Shown: positions 9,823-21,193 of the stretch, one piece after another
Numbering within the stretch: the first letter of the stretch is position 1
Layout of the letters: each line of letters starts with the position of its first letter
Assembly (NCBI GenBank): GCA_965215275.1
Contig: OZ244044.1
Location: 1,536,001-1,600,000, forward strand
From: Thermodesulfobacteriota bacterium
GTDB taxonomy: Bacteria > Desulfobacterota_D > UBA1144 > Nemesobacterales > JAJCZQ01
Length of the DNA: 64,000 nucleotides
Reading direction: 5' to 3'
Made by a program: the position numbers and the translations under genes
Notes under the pieces: generated by a model
What the model was told of the DNA's origin: nothing
Seen by the model: only the letters and a program-made list of their open reading frames with translations
The model's database searches: none

Positions 9823-10425
9823 CTAATTCACTTTTTTAAAAGTCAGGTAATAGATCCTTTTTTTCTCTTTAATAAACTGTTTTTCGTATTTTGTAACGGG
9901 CCGGTCGTTCATTTTTATATTGGAAGTTTTATTAACCGAGATATTTTTGAAGTTTGAATTCAGGTTACACTGCTCAATGATATGACTTACGTAGTCAGCA
10001 TGGTCGCTGGCAAACTCTATGATGCCGTCTTTTTTCATTATTAATCTTAGACGGTGCAGAAACGTCCTGTTTATAACCCGGTGTTTTTTATGTCTGTCCT
10101 TTGGCCATGGATCGGGGAAGTTAATGTACACACTATCGAAAGTCCCACTCCTGAAAACCTGCTCAACTGCTATATTTGCGTCACAGTGAAGAAGTTTTAA
10201 GTTATCTATGTTCTCCTTACGGGAGAAATGGACGGCTCTTTTAAATCTGTAACTTTTGATCTCGATCCCTAAAAAGTTCCAGTCCCTGTTCCTTGTGGCA
10301 AGTTCGATTATAAATTCTCCTTTCCCGAACCCGATCTCCAGTGCGGTCTTGTTAAAGTTCCCGAAAATATCATGGGAGTTTATTGGAAGGTCGCAGGTTG
10401 ATATGTCCAGTATAACGTCAGTCAA
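9823..10425 (-). CDS. trmB: tRNA (guanine-N7)-methyltransferase
   Basis: LEIGFGKG, GIEI, NFPDPWPKDRHKKHR, TKYE. Confidence 0.95.
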   Translation of the reverse strand: MTDVILDISTCDLPINSHDIFGNFNKTALEIGFGKGEFIIELATRNRDWNFLGIEIKSYRFKRAVHFSRKENIDNLKLLHCDANIAVEQVFRSGTFDSVYINFPDPWPKDRHKKHRVINRTFLHRLRLIMKKDGIIEFASDHADYVSHIIEQCNLNSNFKNISVNKTSNIKMNDRPVTKYEKQFIKEKKRIYYLTFKKVN

Positions 10426-11536
10426 GGATTTCTGTGGTTGTGGCCAGGGAACTTTTAATTACCGCACCGTCAATTCTTATAGAGTATTCCTCGTTTTTTC
10501 TGGACATTTTTCCGATCGCCGAGGGCAGTGCCATCTGAATGTGTCCACCACGAGATTTTTTATCGATCTTCATATTTTCTATCAGTTCACCCGTCCGGAC
10601 GCTGAAGGGTATTTTTGTCGGCAGTCCGGCACGCCTTAGCAGGAGCTCCAGTCTTGTCAGGTCGTTTTTATTCCATAGTTCCAGCTTCACTGCTATTGTA
10701 CCTTCAAGGACCATGCCAATGGATATTGCATTGCCGTGACTTAGCTTATAATCTGAAAGTTTTTCTATTGAATGTCCGATGGTGTGTCCAAAGTTCAGTA
10801 TTTTTCTCAAATTGGTTTCTTTTTCATCTTCCTCTATAACTCTGGCTTTGATCCTGCAGCACCTCATAATGATTTCTGATAAAAATCCCTCGTTAAATTC
10901 AAACAGTTTATTAATATCCTTCTCAAGAACGCTGAAAAGACGTTCATCTGCTATAACTGCATATTTTATTATTTCAGCAGCTCCCTCTCTGATCTCTTTC
11001 GGTTCCAGGGTCTTTAATGTGTCAATGTCTATGTAGACCCGTTTAGGCTGATAGAACGTCCCGACAAGGTTTTTACCGTGCTTTGTATCAACTGCGGTCT
11101 TTCCGCCGATCGAACTGTCAACGCATGCCACGAGCGTGGTCGGTACCTGTATATACGGGATGCCTCTGGTATAGGTTGAGGCAACAAACCCGGCAATGTC
11201 TCCCACCACGCCACCACCAAGGGCGATTATGGCGGAATCTCGTCCAAACCCGGCTTCGAACATGCTGTCTTCTATCCTTGCTTTAATATCTCTGTTCTTT
11301 TGCTTTTCTCCCATAGGGAAATCTATCAGCAGTACGTTGGATATACGCTTCAGGAGAAGCTCTTTTAACCTGCTTCCATACAGTTTTTTAACTTTGGAGT
11401 CAGTTATGATCGCATAGGAAAATCCAAGCGGGTCCCGTACGAGGTCGCTGGCAAGCTGATCTAATATCCCTGCTTTGATCAGTACTTTATAGGAGTTGTC
11501 GGTGATGCTTTTCAGTTTGACGTCTACGTGTATCAT
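10418..11536 (-). CDS. aroB: 3-dehydroquinate synthase
   Basis: ALGGGVVGDIAGF, PTTL, DSSIGGKTAVD, LNFGHTIGH. Confidence 0.95.
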   Translation of the reverse strand: MIHVDVKLKSITDNSYKVLIKAGILDQLASDLVRDPLGFSYAIITDSKVKKLYGSRLKELLLKRISNVLLIDFPMGEKQKNRDIKARIEDSMFEAGFGRDSAIIALGGGVVGDIAGFVASTYTRGIPYIQVPTTLVACVDSSIGGKTAVDTKHGKNLVGTFYQPKRVYIDIDTLKTLEPKEIREGAAEIIKYAVIADERLFSVLEKDINKLFEFNEGFLSEIIMRCCRIKARVIEEDEKETNLRKILNFGHTIGHSIEKLSDYKLSHGNAISIGMVLEGTIAVKLELWNKNDLTRLELLLRRAGLPTKIPFSVRTGELIENMKIDKKSRGGHIQMALPSAIGKMSRKNEEYSIRIDGAVIKSSLATTTEILD

Positions 11537-11541
11537 TCTGC

Positions 11542-12063
11542 TTAATCGCCGTATTGCAAAACTGACCAGATGTTTGGAGAGTCCAGTCTTTCAGCACCTT
11601 TTAACTTCGTCAGTTCTATCAGGAAAAGATAACCGACTAGGTCGCCTTTTAACTGTGTTATAAGATTACCCGCGGCTTCGGCGGTACCTCCCGTTGCGAG
11701 CAGGTCATCCACTATAACTACTTTTTTTCCTTCCGTTATTGCGTCTTCATGTATTTCAAGTGAATCCTGACCGTACTCCAGGTCATATGACGCGTTTATG
11801 GTCGCACTCGGCAGTTTTCCGGGTTTTCTGATTACTACAAGTCCGGTTGACAGCATCATGGAGAGTGCGGAAGCAAAGATAAAACCCCTTGATTCGATCC
11901 CGACGAGATAGTCTATTTCCCTGTCTTTGATAAAATGTGCCATCTGTTTCATTGCCCGCTCGAACGACTCTGCGTTCTGCAGCAGTGGGGTAATATCTCT
12001 GAAGGTTATTCCCTCTTTTGGAAAGTTCTCAATGTTTCTGATCAGCTTTGATATTGTCTTCAT
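11542..12063 (-). CDS. apt: Adenine phosphoribosyltransferase
   Basis: FPKEGITFRDITPLL, IESRGF, RKPGKLP, VDDLLATGGT. Confidence 0.97.
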   Translation of the reverse strand: MKTISKLIRNIENFPKEGITFRDITPLLQNAESFERAMKQMAHFIKDREIDYLVGIESRGFIFASALSMMLSTGLVVIRKPGKLPSATINASYDLEYGQDSLEIHEDAITEGKKVVIVDDLLATGGTAEAAGNLITQLKGDLVGYLFLIELTKLKGAERLDSPNIWSVLQYGD

Positions 12064-12068
12064 TTATC

Positions 12069-12539
12069 TTACTCCTTCCGTATTGTTCCATTGCTTAAAT
12101 ACTCAGCGGCCAGTCTGACCGCTTCTGCTGCACTCGAAGTGGAGTGAATAAGTGGTGATACGTCCCACGTGTTTATACCGATCACGGTCTTCTTGAACCT
12201 TAGGGCGAGTGAGATCTCGGATAATGTACCAAATCCGCTCCCTATTGCAATTATAACGTCTCCAGTAAGTGCAACGGTAAGGTTCCTGGCCTGTCCTATA
12301 CCTGTGATTACAGGTACGTCCAGATACTTATTTGCACCGTGTTTTGTTTCCCCGGGCAGTATCCCTATGGTTAAACCGTTTGCTGATCTTGCTCCCCTGC
12401 ATACCGATTCCATAATTCCGCCCATTCCTCCGCATACCACCGCAAAGCCTCTTCGTGCGATCTCTTTTCCCACTTGTTCGGCTATGTCTTTGATCTCAGG
12501 GTCGGCGTTTGAAGGACCTATTACGCTTATCAGTTTCAT
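12069..12539 (-). CDS. TIGR00725/LOG-family Rossmann-fold protein
   Basis: VCGGMGGIMESVCRGA, GLTIGILP, GQARN, GFGTLSEI; start chosen at MKLISVIG. Confidence 0.85.
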   Translation of the reverse strand: MKLISVIGPSNADPEIKDIAEQVGKEIARRGFAVVCGGMGGIMESVCRGARSANGLTIGILPGETKHGANKYLDVPVITGIGQARNLTVALTGDVIIAIGSGFGTLSEISLALRFKKTVIGINTWDVSPLIHSTSSAAEAVRLAAEYLSNGTIRKE

Positions 12540-12876
12540 AGTAATTTTCTTCTGGTAGTTACATAGATGAACTGGTAAGATGTATTGCTCGTCAGTTTTA
12601 TCAGGTTTTCTGATCCCATTTTTTATAACGGGCACTTACAGGTGATATTACTCCAGGTTCTGCCCAGGTTCCTTCTCCGCTTATAATTATAACAAAAGGT
12701 TTGTGAAAATATATTAAGATCAGGGGGACTGTATACATCTTTAACCAAACGGGCGATGTATGATAAGATCCTGTCCTACTTAAACAACCTGTATGATCAG
12801 CTAAAAATGATGACCCCCTTTAGCGCAGGTAAGGATACACTTGATTTATATCGTTAATTTGCTAACTTTTAACTCT

Positions 12877-13542
12877 ATGAACCTGAACAAATTAAGAATA
12901 TTGACTTGTGCCTTTTTATTATTACCGTCTTTTTTAATTTTAAATTTTAAGGCTTTCTCAGACAGCAGCCTGCATCCCTTACTGGAACTTGAGTTTGGCA
13001 TGTCCAGTAAAAATGCAAAAAAGCTCATAACTGGTAACGACCGTGAGATACTGAAAGATGAGGTTGATTCAAAAGAGGTCAGAACTGTTTCCTTCAATGG
13101 AGGTATTGTTGAGTATCCATCCATTAGTGACGTTGAAGAAGCTAATAAAAGGACAAAGTTGGAATTTTATGACGATAAGCTCATGTCCACCTCTCTTGTT
13201 GTCGGAAAACTGGACAGGGTACGGCTTGCCAAGGTCAGAAATGAGTTCTTGCAGAGCATAGAAGCTGATTTTGGTGGTTCTGCATCTAAAGACAGCATTG
13301 GCTTTTATGATATATGGACATGGAAAAAACAGAGCTTGAAGATCATTCTGAGTACAAACAGGAACAAAGGAGAGATAAAACTGAAATCCATTTATACTCC
13401 GATCGCTGATTATAAAGTGGAAAGGGAACTGAACGTTAAAAGAAAAGGGGAAATTAGGCATCCGGCAGATCAAATGTTTAAAGATGGGAACTACTCACAG
13501 CAGAGCGGACCTCAGACGGGAAGAAGTAACTTTGTACCCTAA
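12877..13542 (+). CDS. Hypothetical exported protein
   Basis: Long ORF with signal-peptide-like N-terminus; no family recognised; start uncertain. Confidence 0.65.
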   Translation: MNLNKLRILTCAFLLLPSFLILNFKAFSDSSLHPLLELEFGMSSKNAKKLITGNDREILKDEVDSKEVRTVSFNGGIVEYPSISDVEEANKRTKLEFYDDKLMSTSLVVGKLDRVRLAKVRNEFLQSIEADFGGSASKDSIGFYDIWTWKKQSLKIILSTNRNKGEIKLKSIYTPIADYKVERELNVKRKGEIRHPADQMFKDGNYSQQSGPQTGRSNFVP

Positions 13543-13925
13543 TGTCCAGGATGTTTTAACTCGTCCGTTTTTTCTGCTGGCAGATTTACCAGTTATCAGT
13601 AAGGAAATTACAGTTATACCACGGATAAGATCATCAGCGCAGGGATCGGCAACCCCTGTTGAGAGAGTATACCGATATGACCGAAGTCACTGACACATTA
13701 TTGCCGGGCAGACCTGTTTACACAAATTGATACCTGCTGTTCTGGTTGTCGTTTTGCTGGTCCTTTTGATCGTGAAGGGAGGGCAGTGAAGAAGGAAATA
13801 AGAACGTTGATGGAAATCATCATGTAGTCTTTCAGTTAACGCCAGCAATACTGCCGTTTTATTACCGCTCAGAAAATATTAGTATGTTCTGTCATATACT
13901 CACTGAATCCTTTGTCTGAAAACAT

Positions 13926-15785
13926 ATGAAAAGGTCATTGATACCCAGCATCTTGTTTTTATTCAGTTTAGCAGCTGTTTTTTGTTTCACGTCGGAGTCG
14001 GCTGGTCAGGATAGGAACAGGGTCAAAGATAAGGTAATTACCCAGTTTAAGATTACGGGGAACAAAGCCATTGATATGGGTCTGATAAAGGACAGCATTC
14101 AAACCCAGTTCCCGTCCATAAAACCCTGGATAACAAGACCGAAGTTCGACAGGGACGTTCTTGAGGACGACATAAGAACGATCATGGAACTGCACGCTGA
14201 TCATGGATATTACGACGCTGACGTTTCTTCTGATATCGATGATCACAGTAAAAAAGGCGAAGTAAAAATAAAAATACGAATTGATCAGGGAGACCCGGTA
14301 ATACTAAGGAGTCTCAATATCGTTATAAAAGATGGTTTTTTCAAGCAGGATGCTCGGGACCCGGATCTGAAAGAAGAGATAATAAGAAGAATCTCACTTC
14401 GTCCCGGCACGGTCTTTTCAAAAATTAAATTAATAAACTCCAAGGATGAGATGAACAAGGTCCTGCTGGACGGAGGTTATCCGAAGTTCAATTTAACCCC
14501 TCAAGTACTGGTCAACAGGCAGAGAAAGTGGGCAGAGGCTAATTTTGAGATCAGTACCGGTCCTAAATATAAGTTTGGTAACGTTACGATTTCGGGAAAT
14601 AACACCGTAGCTGATTATCTGATAAAAAGAGAACTCCTATATGCTGCAGGTGATGATTATTCACTTGAAAAGATCACCGACAGTCGGTCGAATATATTTA
14701 GCCTGGGTTACTTTAAGTTCATAGATATTAAACAGGTATACAATGAACAGGAACTGACGGTAGACACTTTGATCTCGGTAGAAGAGAGGAAGTTCGGAAG
14801 TATAAGGGTTGGTGCCGGTTTTGGTTCGGAAGACAGACTGAGAGGACAGCTGAGCGTAACACAGGGGAATTTTATGGGTGGCGGCAGAAATGTTGACTTT
14901 CTTGCTAAAGCTTCTTTTATAACACAGTTAGTTCAGGCAAGTATGAGCCAGCCTTATATTGCTGGCAGAGATTCAGAGTTGATAGGGTTTTTGAGCTTTG
15001 AAAGGAACGACTTTCCCAGTTACGAAGGTTCTTTTACAACTTCTTCCCTGTCTCTTGAAAAAAGATTTATCAAAGACCTGAGAATGCGAGGGTCTTTTGA
15101 CGTTATTTACTCAAAGATCACCTCTCAGTCAACGCTCACTCCAATTGAGCAAAGCCGTCAGAACGTATTTCTGACCACGCTTTCCGGGGTAATTAACTTC
15201 AATACGACCGACGACATATTTAATCCTGCCAGAGGAGTAAACGCCGATGCAAAGGTGGAAATGTCTTTTAAGGGTCTGGGTTCTGAAGTGAACTATGTAT
15301 TGTCGTTCGTGGATATTATGATGTACAAAAGTGTATCAGAATTCGTTTTTGCCAAAAGGTTGGCGGTGGGTTCACTTTATTCGTTTGGTTCTACAGAGGA
15401 CCTTGATATACCGATCTTTAAAAGATTTTTCGCGGGAGGGAGCAACAGCGTCAGAGGCTATGATTTTCAGAAGCTTAGCCCCCTCAACAGCGCAGGAGAT
15501 CCGATCGGTGGTAACTCTCTCTTTCTGGGTAATCTGGAGATCAGAACTCCCCTGTATTTTGACTGGCTTGGAGGGGTGATCTTCCTGGATTACGGCAACG
15601 TCCATTCCGAAAGTTTTGACTATCCTCTGGATGAACTGCAGTACGCGGTCGGGACCGGATTAAGGTACAATACCCTTATAGGACCTTTAAGGCTCGACGT
15701 TGGTTATGCTCTGAACCCTGAACCAGAACCGGAATCAGAGTCTGACAAACTTCATGTTTTTTTCAGCGTTGGTCACGTGTTCTGA
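13926..15785 (+). CDS. Omp85-family outer membrane protein (TamA/BamA-like, about 3 POTRA domains)
   Basis: Signal peptide, POTRA-like repeats, RFFAGGSNSVRGY, GLRYNTLIGPLRLD, terminal Phe. Confidence 0.9.
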   Translation: MKRSLIPSILFLFSLAAVFCFTSESAGQDRNRVKDKVITQFKITGNKAIDMGLIKDSIQTQFPSIKPWITRPKFDRDVLEDDIRTIMELHADHGYYDADVSSDIDDHSKKGEVKIKIRIDQGDPVILRSLNIVIKDGFFKQDARDPDLKEEIIRRISLRPGTVFSKIKLINSKDEMNKVLLDGGYPKFNLTPQVLVNRQRKWAEANFEISTGPKYKFGNVTISGNNTVADYLIKRELLYAAGDDYSLEKITDSRSNIFSLGYFKFIDIKQVYNEQELTVDTLISVEERKFGSIRVGAGFGSEDRLRGQLSVTQGNFMGGGRNVDFLAKASFITQLVQASMSQPYIAGRDSELIGFLSFERNDFPSYEGSFTTSSLSLEKRFIKDLRMRGSFDVIYSKITSQSTLTPIEQSRQNVFLTTLSGVINFNTTDDIFNPARGVNADAKVEMSFKGLGSEVNYVLSFVDIMMYKSVSEFVFAKRLAVGSLYSFGSTEDLDIPIFKRFFAGGSNSVRGYDFQKLSPLNSAGDPIGGNSLFLGNLEIRTPLYFDWLGGVIFLDYGNVHSESFDYPLDELQYAVGTGLRYNTLIGPLRLDVGYALNPEPEPESESDKLHVFFSVGHVF

Positions 15786-15786
15786 T

Positions 15787-16968
15787 CTATATATGGAGTT
15801 TTTTTATCCCTCGTGCCGCCTGTATTATTCTTTTTTCATTCTCGACCAGTGCGAATCTTACAAAACCCTCTCCATACTGTCCAAATCCAATACCTGGGGA
15901 CGTTGCGACCTTGGCTCTTTCTATCAGCAGCTTTGAGAACTCCAAAGAACCGAGCTTTTTAAATTCCTCAGGGATTTTTGCCCAGACGAACATCGTGGCC
16001 TTGGGAACATCTATTTCCCAGCCAGACCTGTTAAATGATTCTATCAGTTTGTCCCTTCTTGCTCTGTACGTGGCGTTAATTTCCTTAACACATTCCTGCG
16101 GTCCATTGAGAGCATGGATCGATGCTATCTGAATTGGCGTGTAGATCCCATAGTCAATATAGCTTTTGATACGCTTCAGTGCATGGACTATTTTTTTGTT
16201 CCCGGACATAAATCCCACTCTCCAGCCTGGCATATTGTAACTTTTAGACAGGGAGTAAAACTCCACGGCCACGTCCCGCGACCCTTTTATTTCCAGTATA
16301 CTGGGTGCTTTGTAACCGTCAAAGCACAGGTCGGCGTAGGCAAGGTCGTGGACCACTATCAATCCGGCTTCTTTCGCCAGGTCCACAATATCTGCAAAGA
16401 ATTTTTTTTCCACGGTTTTAGTGGTAGGGTTGTTAGGGAAAGAAAGTATAAGCACCTTGGGTCTGGGCCATACTTCGTTCAGTTTTTTCTGTATCAGGTC
16501 GATCAGCTCGTTTTCTTCGGCAAGCGGCATGCTCTGAATGTCTCCCCGGGCAATTATTGCGGCATAAATATGGATCGGATACGCGGGATTTGGTACGATA
16601 ACGTTGTCTCCCGGTGAAAGTATCGACAGCATCAGATGGGAGATACCTTCCTTGGACCCTACTGTTACAACGGTTTCAGTATCGGGGTCCAGATCGACGT
16701 CGTAGTTCCTTTTATACCAGCTTGCAATGGCGAGCCTCAGCTTAGGTATTCCTGCAGAAACCGAGTATCTGTGATTTCTGGGATTAGATGAAGCCTCTTT
16801 CAGCTTTTCTACTATATGTTCTGGAGTAGGCTGATCGGGGTTACCCATTCCAAGGTCAATTATATCTTCCCCTTTTGCTCTTGCCTCTGTCTTGTATTCA
16901 TTGACCATGTTGAACACGTAAGAGGGCAGTCTTTTTATAAGGGAGAGATCATCTTCCAAGTTAATCAT
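15787..16968 (-). CDS. alaC: Class I/II PLP aminotransferase (AlaC-like)
   Basis: [50 protein letters not shown]. Confidence 0.8.
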   Translation of the reverse strand: MINLEDDLSLIKRLPSYVFNMVNEYKTEARAKGEDIIDLGMGNPDQPTPEHIVEKLKEASSNPRNHRYSVSAGIPKLRLAIASWYKRNYDVDLDPDTETVVTVGSKEGISHLMLSILSPGDNVIVPNPAYPIHIYAAIIARGDIQSMPLAEENELIDLIQKKLNEVWPRPKVLILSFPNNPTTKTVEKKFFADIVDLAKEAGLIVVHDLAYADLCFDGYKAPSILEIKGSRDVAVEFYSLSKSYNMPGWRVGFMSGNKKIVHALKRIKSYIDYGIYTPIQIASIHALNGPQECVKEINATYRARRDKLIESFNRSGWEIDVPKATMFVWAKIPEEFKKLGSLEFSKLLIERAKVATSPGIGFGQYGEGFVRFALVENEKRIIQAARGIKKLHI

Positions 16969-17252
16969 TGTTCGGCTTCCAGAACTGTAGAACGATGCTT
17001 TATATTATAATTACCCATAATTTCAAGGCAAGTATTCAGTAGACGGGTCCGGAGTAACTGGCTTTACAATATGGACCGACTTTCTTATTTATAATAGTGG
17101 CAGGTCGTTCAAAGCGTCAGAACTCTCCTGGATATGGGAAGTTTACCGCGGGGGCATGAAATGGTTGAATTTAATACTTTTACAGACATTTTATTTGTCT
17201 GACAGCAGCTTTATTGCTTATAATTATATTTCATAATCAGTGGGTGATCTGG

Positions 17253-17960
17253 ATGATACCGAAGGCAACTATGTTTAAAGCCATTTTCACTTTTTTCTTT
17301 ATATGTTTACTTATAGTAGCAGTAAGCTGTACAGGGGGCCGTTCAGTGGCTCGTGAAAGTTATGATACCACCACGGGTTATAAACACGACCCGAAGAGCG
17401 TTGATGGTTACAGCCAGATAGGTATTGCTTCGTGGTACGGTGATAAAGAGCATGGGAACAAGACGGCAACTGGGGAAAAGTTCAACAGATACGCCTACAC
17501 GGCTGCTCATAAAACCCTGCCTTTCGGTACGGTTGTGCGAGTTACGAACCTGGATAACGGAAGGGACGTAATAGTCGTGATAAACGACAGAGGTCCATTT
17601 ATCAAGGGCAGGATTATAGATCTTTCCTACTCGTCTGCACGTTCTGTCGGTCTGGTTAAAACGGGAATAGCCAAGGTTAAAGTGGAGGTGATCTCGTCAC
17701 CTTCATCAAGGAGTGACAGCTATTTCAAACCTATCTACACCTTGCAGGTCGGGTCTTTCAGCAGCCAGGTCAATGCTTCGTCGGTAAAGGGCAACTTGAG
17801 TTCCGAACTGAGCGATGATGTAAGAATAGAAAGGGTCAGTGTCAAGGGGGATACCTATTACAGAGTAAGGGTCGGGATGTTTTCCGACAGAGCACAGGCC
17901 GAGAGTCTGAAAAAAAAGCTCAGAAATTACGGTTACAGGGGAAGAGTGGTGCTTGAATAA
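17253..17960 (+). CDS. rlpA: Septal ring lytic transglycosylase RlpA with SPOR domain
   Basis: Lipobox [37 protein letters not shown]-terminal SPOR LQVGSF..YRVRVG. Confidence 0.92.
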   Translation: MIPKATMFKAIFTFFFICLLIVAVSCTGGRSVARESYDTTTGYKHDPKSVDGYSQIGIASWYGDKEHGNKTATGEKFNRYAYTAAHKTLPFGTVVRVTNLDNGRDVIVVINDRGPFIKGRIIDLSYSSARSVGLVKTGIAKVKVEVISSPSSRSDSYFKPIYTLQVGSFSSQVNASSVKGNLSSELSDDVRIERVSVKGDTYYRVRVGMFSDRAQAESLKKKLRNYGYRGRVVLE

Positions 17961-17994
17961 CAAGGACCTTCTCTGTGTCAGGTAATGTGTTCAA

Positions 17995-18795
17995 ATGTCA
18001 AAGATCAGAATAACTGACCTTCATACAATGAAGAAAAGCGGTGAGAAGATCACAGCGATCACTGCTTATGATACCTGTACGGCCGAGATCGTGGATGAAG
18101 CCGGGATAGACGTTGTGCTTGTTGGAGACTCTGTCGGGAACGTGATACAGGGTAAAAAGGATACGCTCTCTGTAACGATGGATGAAATGATCTATCATAC
18201 GCTGATGGTCTCCAGGGGTCTGAACAGAGCTCATCTGTCCGGTGATATGCCTTTTATGTCCTATCAGGCATCTGAAGCGGATGCCGTGAGGAACGCTGGA
18301 AGGTTTCTCAAGGAAGGACGGGCAGAATCGGTGAAATTAGAGGTTAACGAAGAGTACATAGACACCTTGTATGCAATAAAAAAGGCTGGCATACCCGTTA
18401 TATCTCATATTGGCCTCTGTCCTCAATCCGTTCACGTTATGGGAGGATATAAAGTGCAGGGGCGTTCAAAAAAAGATGAGGAACACATATCAAAGCTGGC
18501 ACTTCTGTCAGAGGAGGCGGGAGCTTTTATGCTTCTGCTTGAGAGTGTTCCTGCAAAGCTTGCACAAAGTATAACCAGGTCGGTAAATATCCCGACCATA
18601 GGTATTGGTGCGGGGGAGTACTGCGACGGTCAGATCCTGGTATTTCACGATATGGTGGGGTTAAGCAAAGGGCCACAGCCCAAATTCGTAAAAAGATTTA
18701 CCGAAGGCAGAAAACTGTTTAAAGATGCTACCGAGAAATACATAGATCATATAAAGAAGGGAAAATATCCTGCCAAGGGGCAATCTTATGTCTGA
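17995..18795 (+). CDS. panB: 3-methyl-2-oxobutanoate hydroxymethyltransferase
   Basis: TAYD, LVGDS, DMPFMSY, GIGAG, DGQILV. Confidence 0.97.
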   Translation: MSKIRITDLHTMKKSGEKITAITAYDTCTAEIVDEAGIDVVLVGDSVGNVIQGKKDTLSVTMDEMIYHTLMVSRGLNRAHLSGDMPFMSYQASEADAVRNAGRFLKEGRAESVKLEVNEEYIDTLYAIKKAGIPVISHIGLCPQSVHVMGGYKVQGRSKKDEEHISKLALLSEEAGAFMLLLESVPAKLAQSITRSVNIPTIGIGAGEYCDGQILVFHDMVGLSKGPQPKFVKRFTEGRKLFKDATEKYIDHIKKGKYPAKGQSYV

Positions 18796-19645
18796 TCCTA
18801 ATGGTCCGTTAATCATAACTGAATCATCAAAAATGCAGCTGTTTTCAAATGATCTGAAAAAGAGAGGCAAAAAGATCGCTTTTGTTCCCACTATGGGAGG
18901 ACTTCATAAGGGACATTTAAGCCTTGTATCAAAGGCGAACGAACTGGGTGACGTCAGCGTGGTGAGCATTTTTGTAAATCCAGCGCAGTTTGATGACAGT
19001 GAGGATCTTATATCTTATGCACGAAATATTGAAGGTGATCTTGAAAAGTTATCGGACTACAAGGTCAATGTGGTCTTTTCACCGGATGCCTCTGAGATCT
19101 ATTCCCCTGGTTTCCAGACTTACGTTGAAGTAACGGAGCTTCAGGACTGCATGTGCGGGTTACATCGACCAGGCCATTTCAGAGGGGTAGCCACGGTGGT
19201 GCTGAAGCTGTTTAATATAGTCAAACCGGACTATGCGATTTTTGGACAAAAAGACTATCAGCAGTTAAAGATAATTGAGAGAATGGTCAAGGACCTGGAT
19301 CTGGAAGTTACGATAGTTCCTATGCCTATAGTGAGAGATAAGGATGGGTTGGCCATGAGTTCCAGGAACAGTAACCTTTCAGCGGAACAAAGACGGCAGG
19401 CCGTTATGATCTCAAAAGCCTTGTTCAGTATCAGACAGAGCTTTCTGCAAGGCTGTAAGGACGTTTCCCGCCTTGTTGAAGTTGGAGAGAGGGTACTTGC
19501 CGATTCCGATATTGATAACGTAGACTTTTTAGAGATAAGGGATCCGGAAAGCCTTGCTCTGGTGCAGGAGGCTAGATCCGGCGACCTGATTGCTCTTGCT
19601 GCAAGAATAGGGAAAACTAGACTTATTGACAATGTAGAATTGTAA
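18788..19645 (+). CDS. panC: Pantoate--beta-alanine ligase
   Basis: VPTMGGLHKGH, RPGHFRGV, FGQKDYQQ, GLAMSSRN, RLIDN. Confidence 0.97.
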   Translation: MSDPNGPLIITESSKMQLFSNDLKKRGKKIAFVPTMGGLHKGHLSLVSKANELGDVSVVSIFVNPAQFDDSEDLISYARNIEGDLEKLSDYKVNVVFSPDASEIYSPGFQTYVEVTELQDCMCGLHRPGHFRGVATVVLKLFNIVKPDYAIFGQKDYQQLKIIERMVKDLDLEVTIVPMPIVRDKDGLAMSSRNSNLSAEQRRQAVMISKALFSIRQSFLQGCKDVSRLVEVGERVLADSDIDNVDFLEIRDPESLALVQEARSGDLIALAARIGKTRLIDNVEL

Positions 19646-19672
19646 TTATTTACTTTTAGAGGATATTACATA

Positions 19673-20062
19673 ATGAGAAGGTCACTGCTTAAATCAAAGA
19701 TCCATCGTGCCAGGGTCACAGAAGCGGACCTGGACTATGAAGGAAGTCTTACGATCGACAGGCACTTAATGGACGCTGCTGATCTGCTTCCCTACGAAAA
19801 GGTTCATGTTTTTAATATTACGAACGGTCATAGGTTTGTGACGTACGTTATAGAGGGTGATATGGGTTCCAATACGATCTGCGTGAACGGTGCTGCGGCT
19901 CATCTGGCAAAAAAAGGTGACTTTCTTATAATTGCGAGTTTTTCCTCCTATGATGAAGATGAATGCAAGGACCATGTTCCCAGGTTAATATACGTAAATG
20001 AGTTTAACGAACTGACCGGGCTTGAACCTGACAGCGTCAGATTAGAACTGACCAAAGGATGA
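19673..20062 (+). CDS. panD: Aspartate 1-decarboxylase
   Basis: KSKIHRA, YEGS cleavage site, NGAAAH. Confidence 0.97.
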   Translation: MRRSLLKSKIHRARVTEADLDYEGSLTIDRHLMDAADLLPYEKVHVFNITNGHRFVTYVIEGDMGSNTICVNGAAAHLAKKGDFLIIASFSSYDEDECKDHVPRLIYVNEFNELTGLEPDSVRLELTKG

Positions 20063-20413
20063 TTTATCCGTCTTTATGTCTGAAGGGAAACTGCCGCGTT
20101 TATCAGGTGACGACAGATCATTGGCACAAAACAGATGTCCATAGCATTAAAGGTACTGTCTTGTTTTTTATATACTTCACCGTTATACTTACCATGATAT
20201 ATGAAATTTCTCACAGGGCTTTGTTCTTTTGTAGTTGTTTGATATCATTGACTTGTCAAAAAAAGTACACAGTCCTCAAAATATTTAGTTGACAAACTCA
20301 GGCTTTAGGTTACAAAATATAGGCTAAAGATATATAAAGACCGAGAAAAGGTAATATACGATCTGCTATTATAAATCGTTCTCAAAATTAAACAGCTTAA
20401 GGAAAACTAATAA

Positions 20414-21193
20414 ATGAAAGCAATAATACTTGCTGCCGGCAGAGGCACCAGGCTATATCCATACACTCAGTACGTACCTAAATGTTTACTTGACATTGGC
20501 GGGGTAACGATCTTGGAACATCAGCTCAATCATATAAGGGACTGTGGAATAAGTGAAGTAGCGGTCGTCGTTGGTTTTGGTTTTGAAAAAGTAGAGAATT
20601 TCCTGAGAAGCTACGATGGACTGGGGATTAAGATCAAAACGCTTTACAATCCTTTTTATCAGACGACGAACAGCTTGATATCTCTGTGTATCGCTCGTGG
20701 TGAGATGGATGATGACGTGTTGATAATGAACGGGGATGACGTTTTTGAAATTGAAGTGATCAACAAGGTCCTGAAAGTTTCAAGTGAAAAGTTCTGTATG
20801 CCTATCAAGGTCAGAGAAGCGTATGATGAAGAGGATATGAAGATCAGGTTAGATAAGAACAAGATAGTGGATATAAGCAAAGGTATTACAAGCAACATAT
20901 CTGCAGAATCAGTAGGATTACGGGTGTTCAGGGACACCGGGGTGGAGATACTGAAAAGGGCCATTGAAGAAGAGATGCGTACCGTCTTTTCAGAAAAGAA
21001 ATGGTACATATCTGCGGTTCAAAGACTGATCAACAGAGGTTATAAGATCCAGTCACTTGATATAGGGGACCTTTTCTGGATGGACGTTGATTATCCAGCT
21101 GATCTGCTTAAAGTAAGAGCGAATTCGGACAAGTTCCTGAATTTCGATCATAACCAGCCTTATCTGCGAGTGGTGGAATCTAACCTAGGATAG
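20414..21193 (+). CDS. Nucleotidyltransferase (LicC/IPCT-like cytidylyltransferase)
   Basis: KAIILAAGRGTRL, PKCLL, NGDD, WMDVD. Confidence 0.85.
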   Translation: MKAIILAAGRGTRLYPYTQYVPKCLLDIGGVTILEHQLNHIRDCGISEVAVVVGFGFEKVENFLRSYDGLGIKIKTLYNPFYQTTNSLISLCIARGEMDDDVLIMNGDDVFEIEVINKVLKVSSEKFCMPIKVREAYDEEDMKIRLDKNKIVDISKGITSNISAESVGLRVFRDTGVEILKRAIEEEMRTVFSEKKWYISAVQRLINRGYKIQSLDIGDLFWMDVDYPADLLKVRANSDKFLNFDHNQPYLRVVESNLG

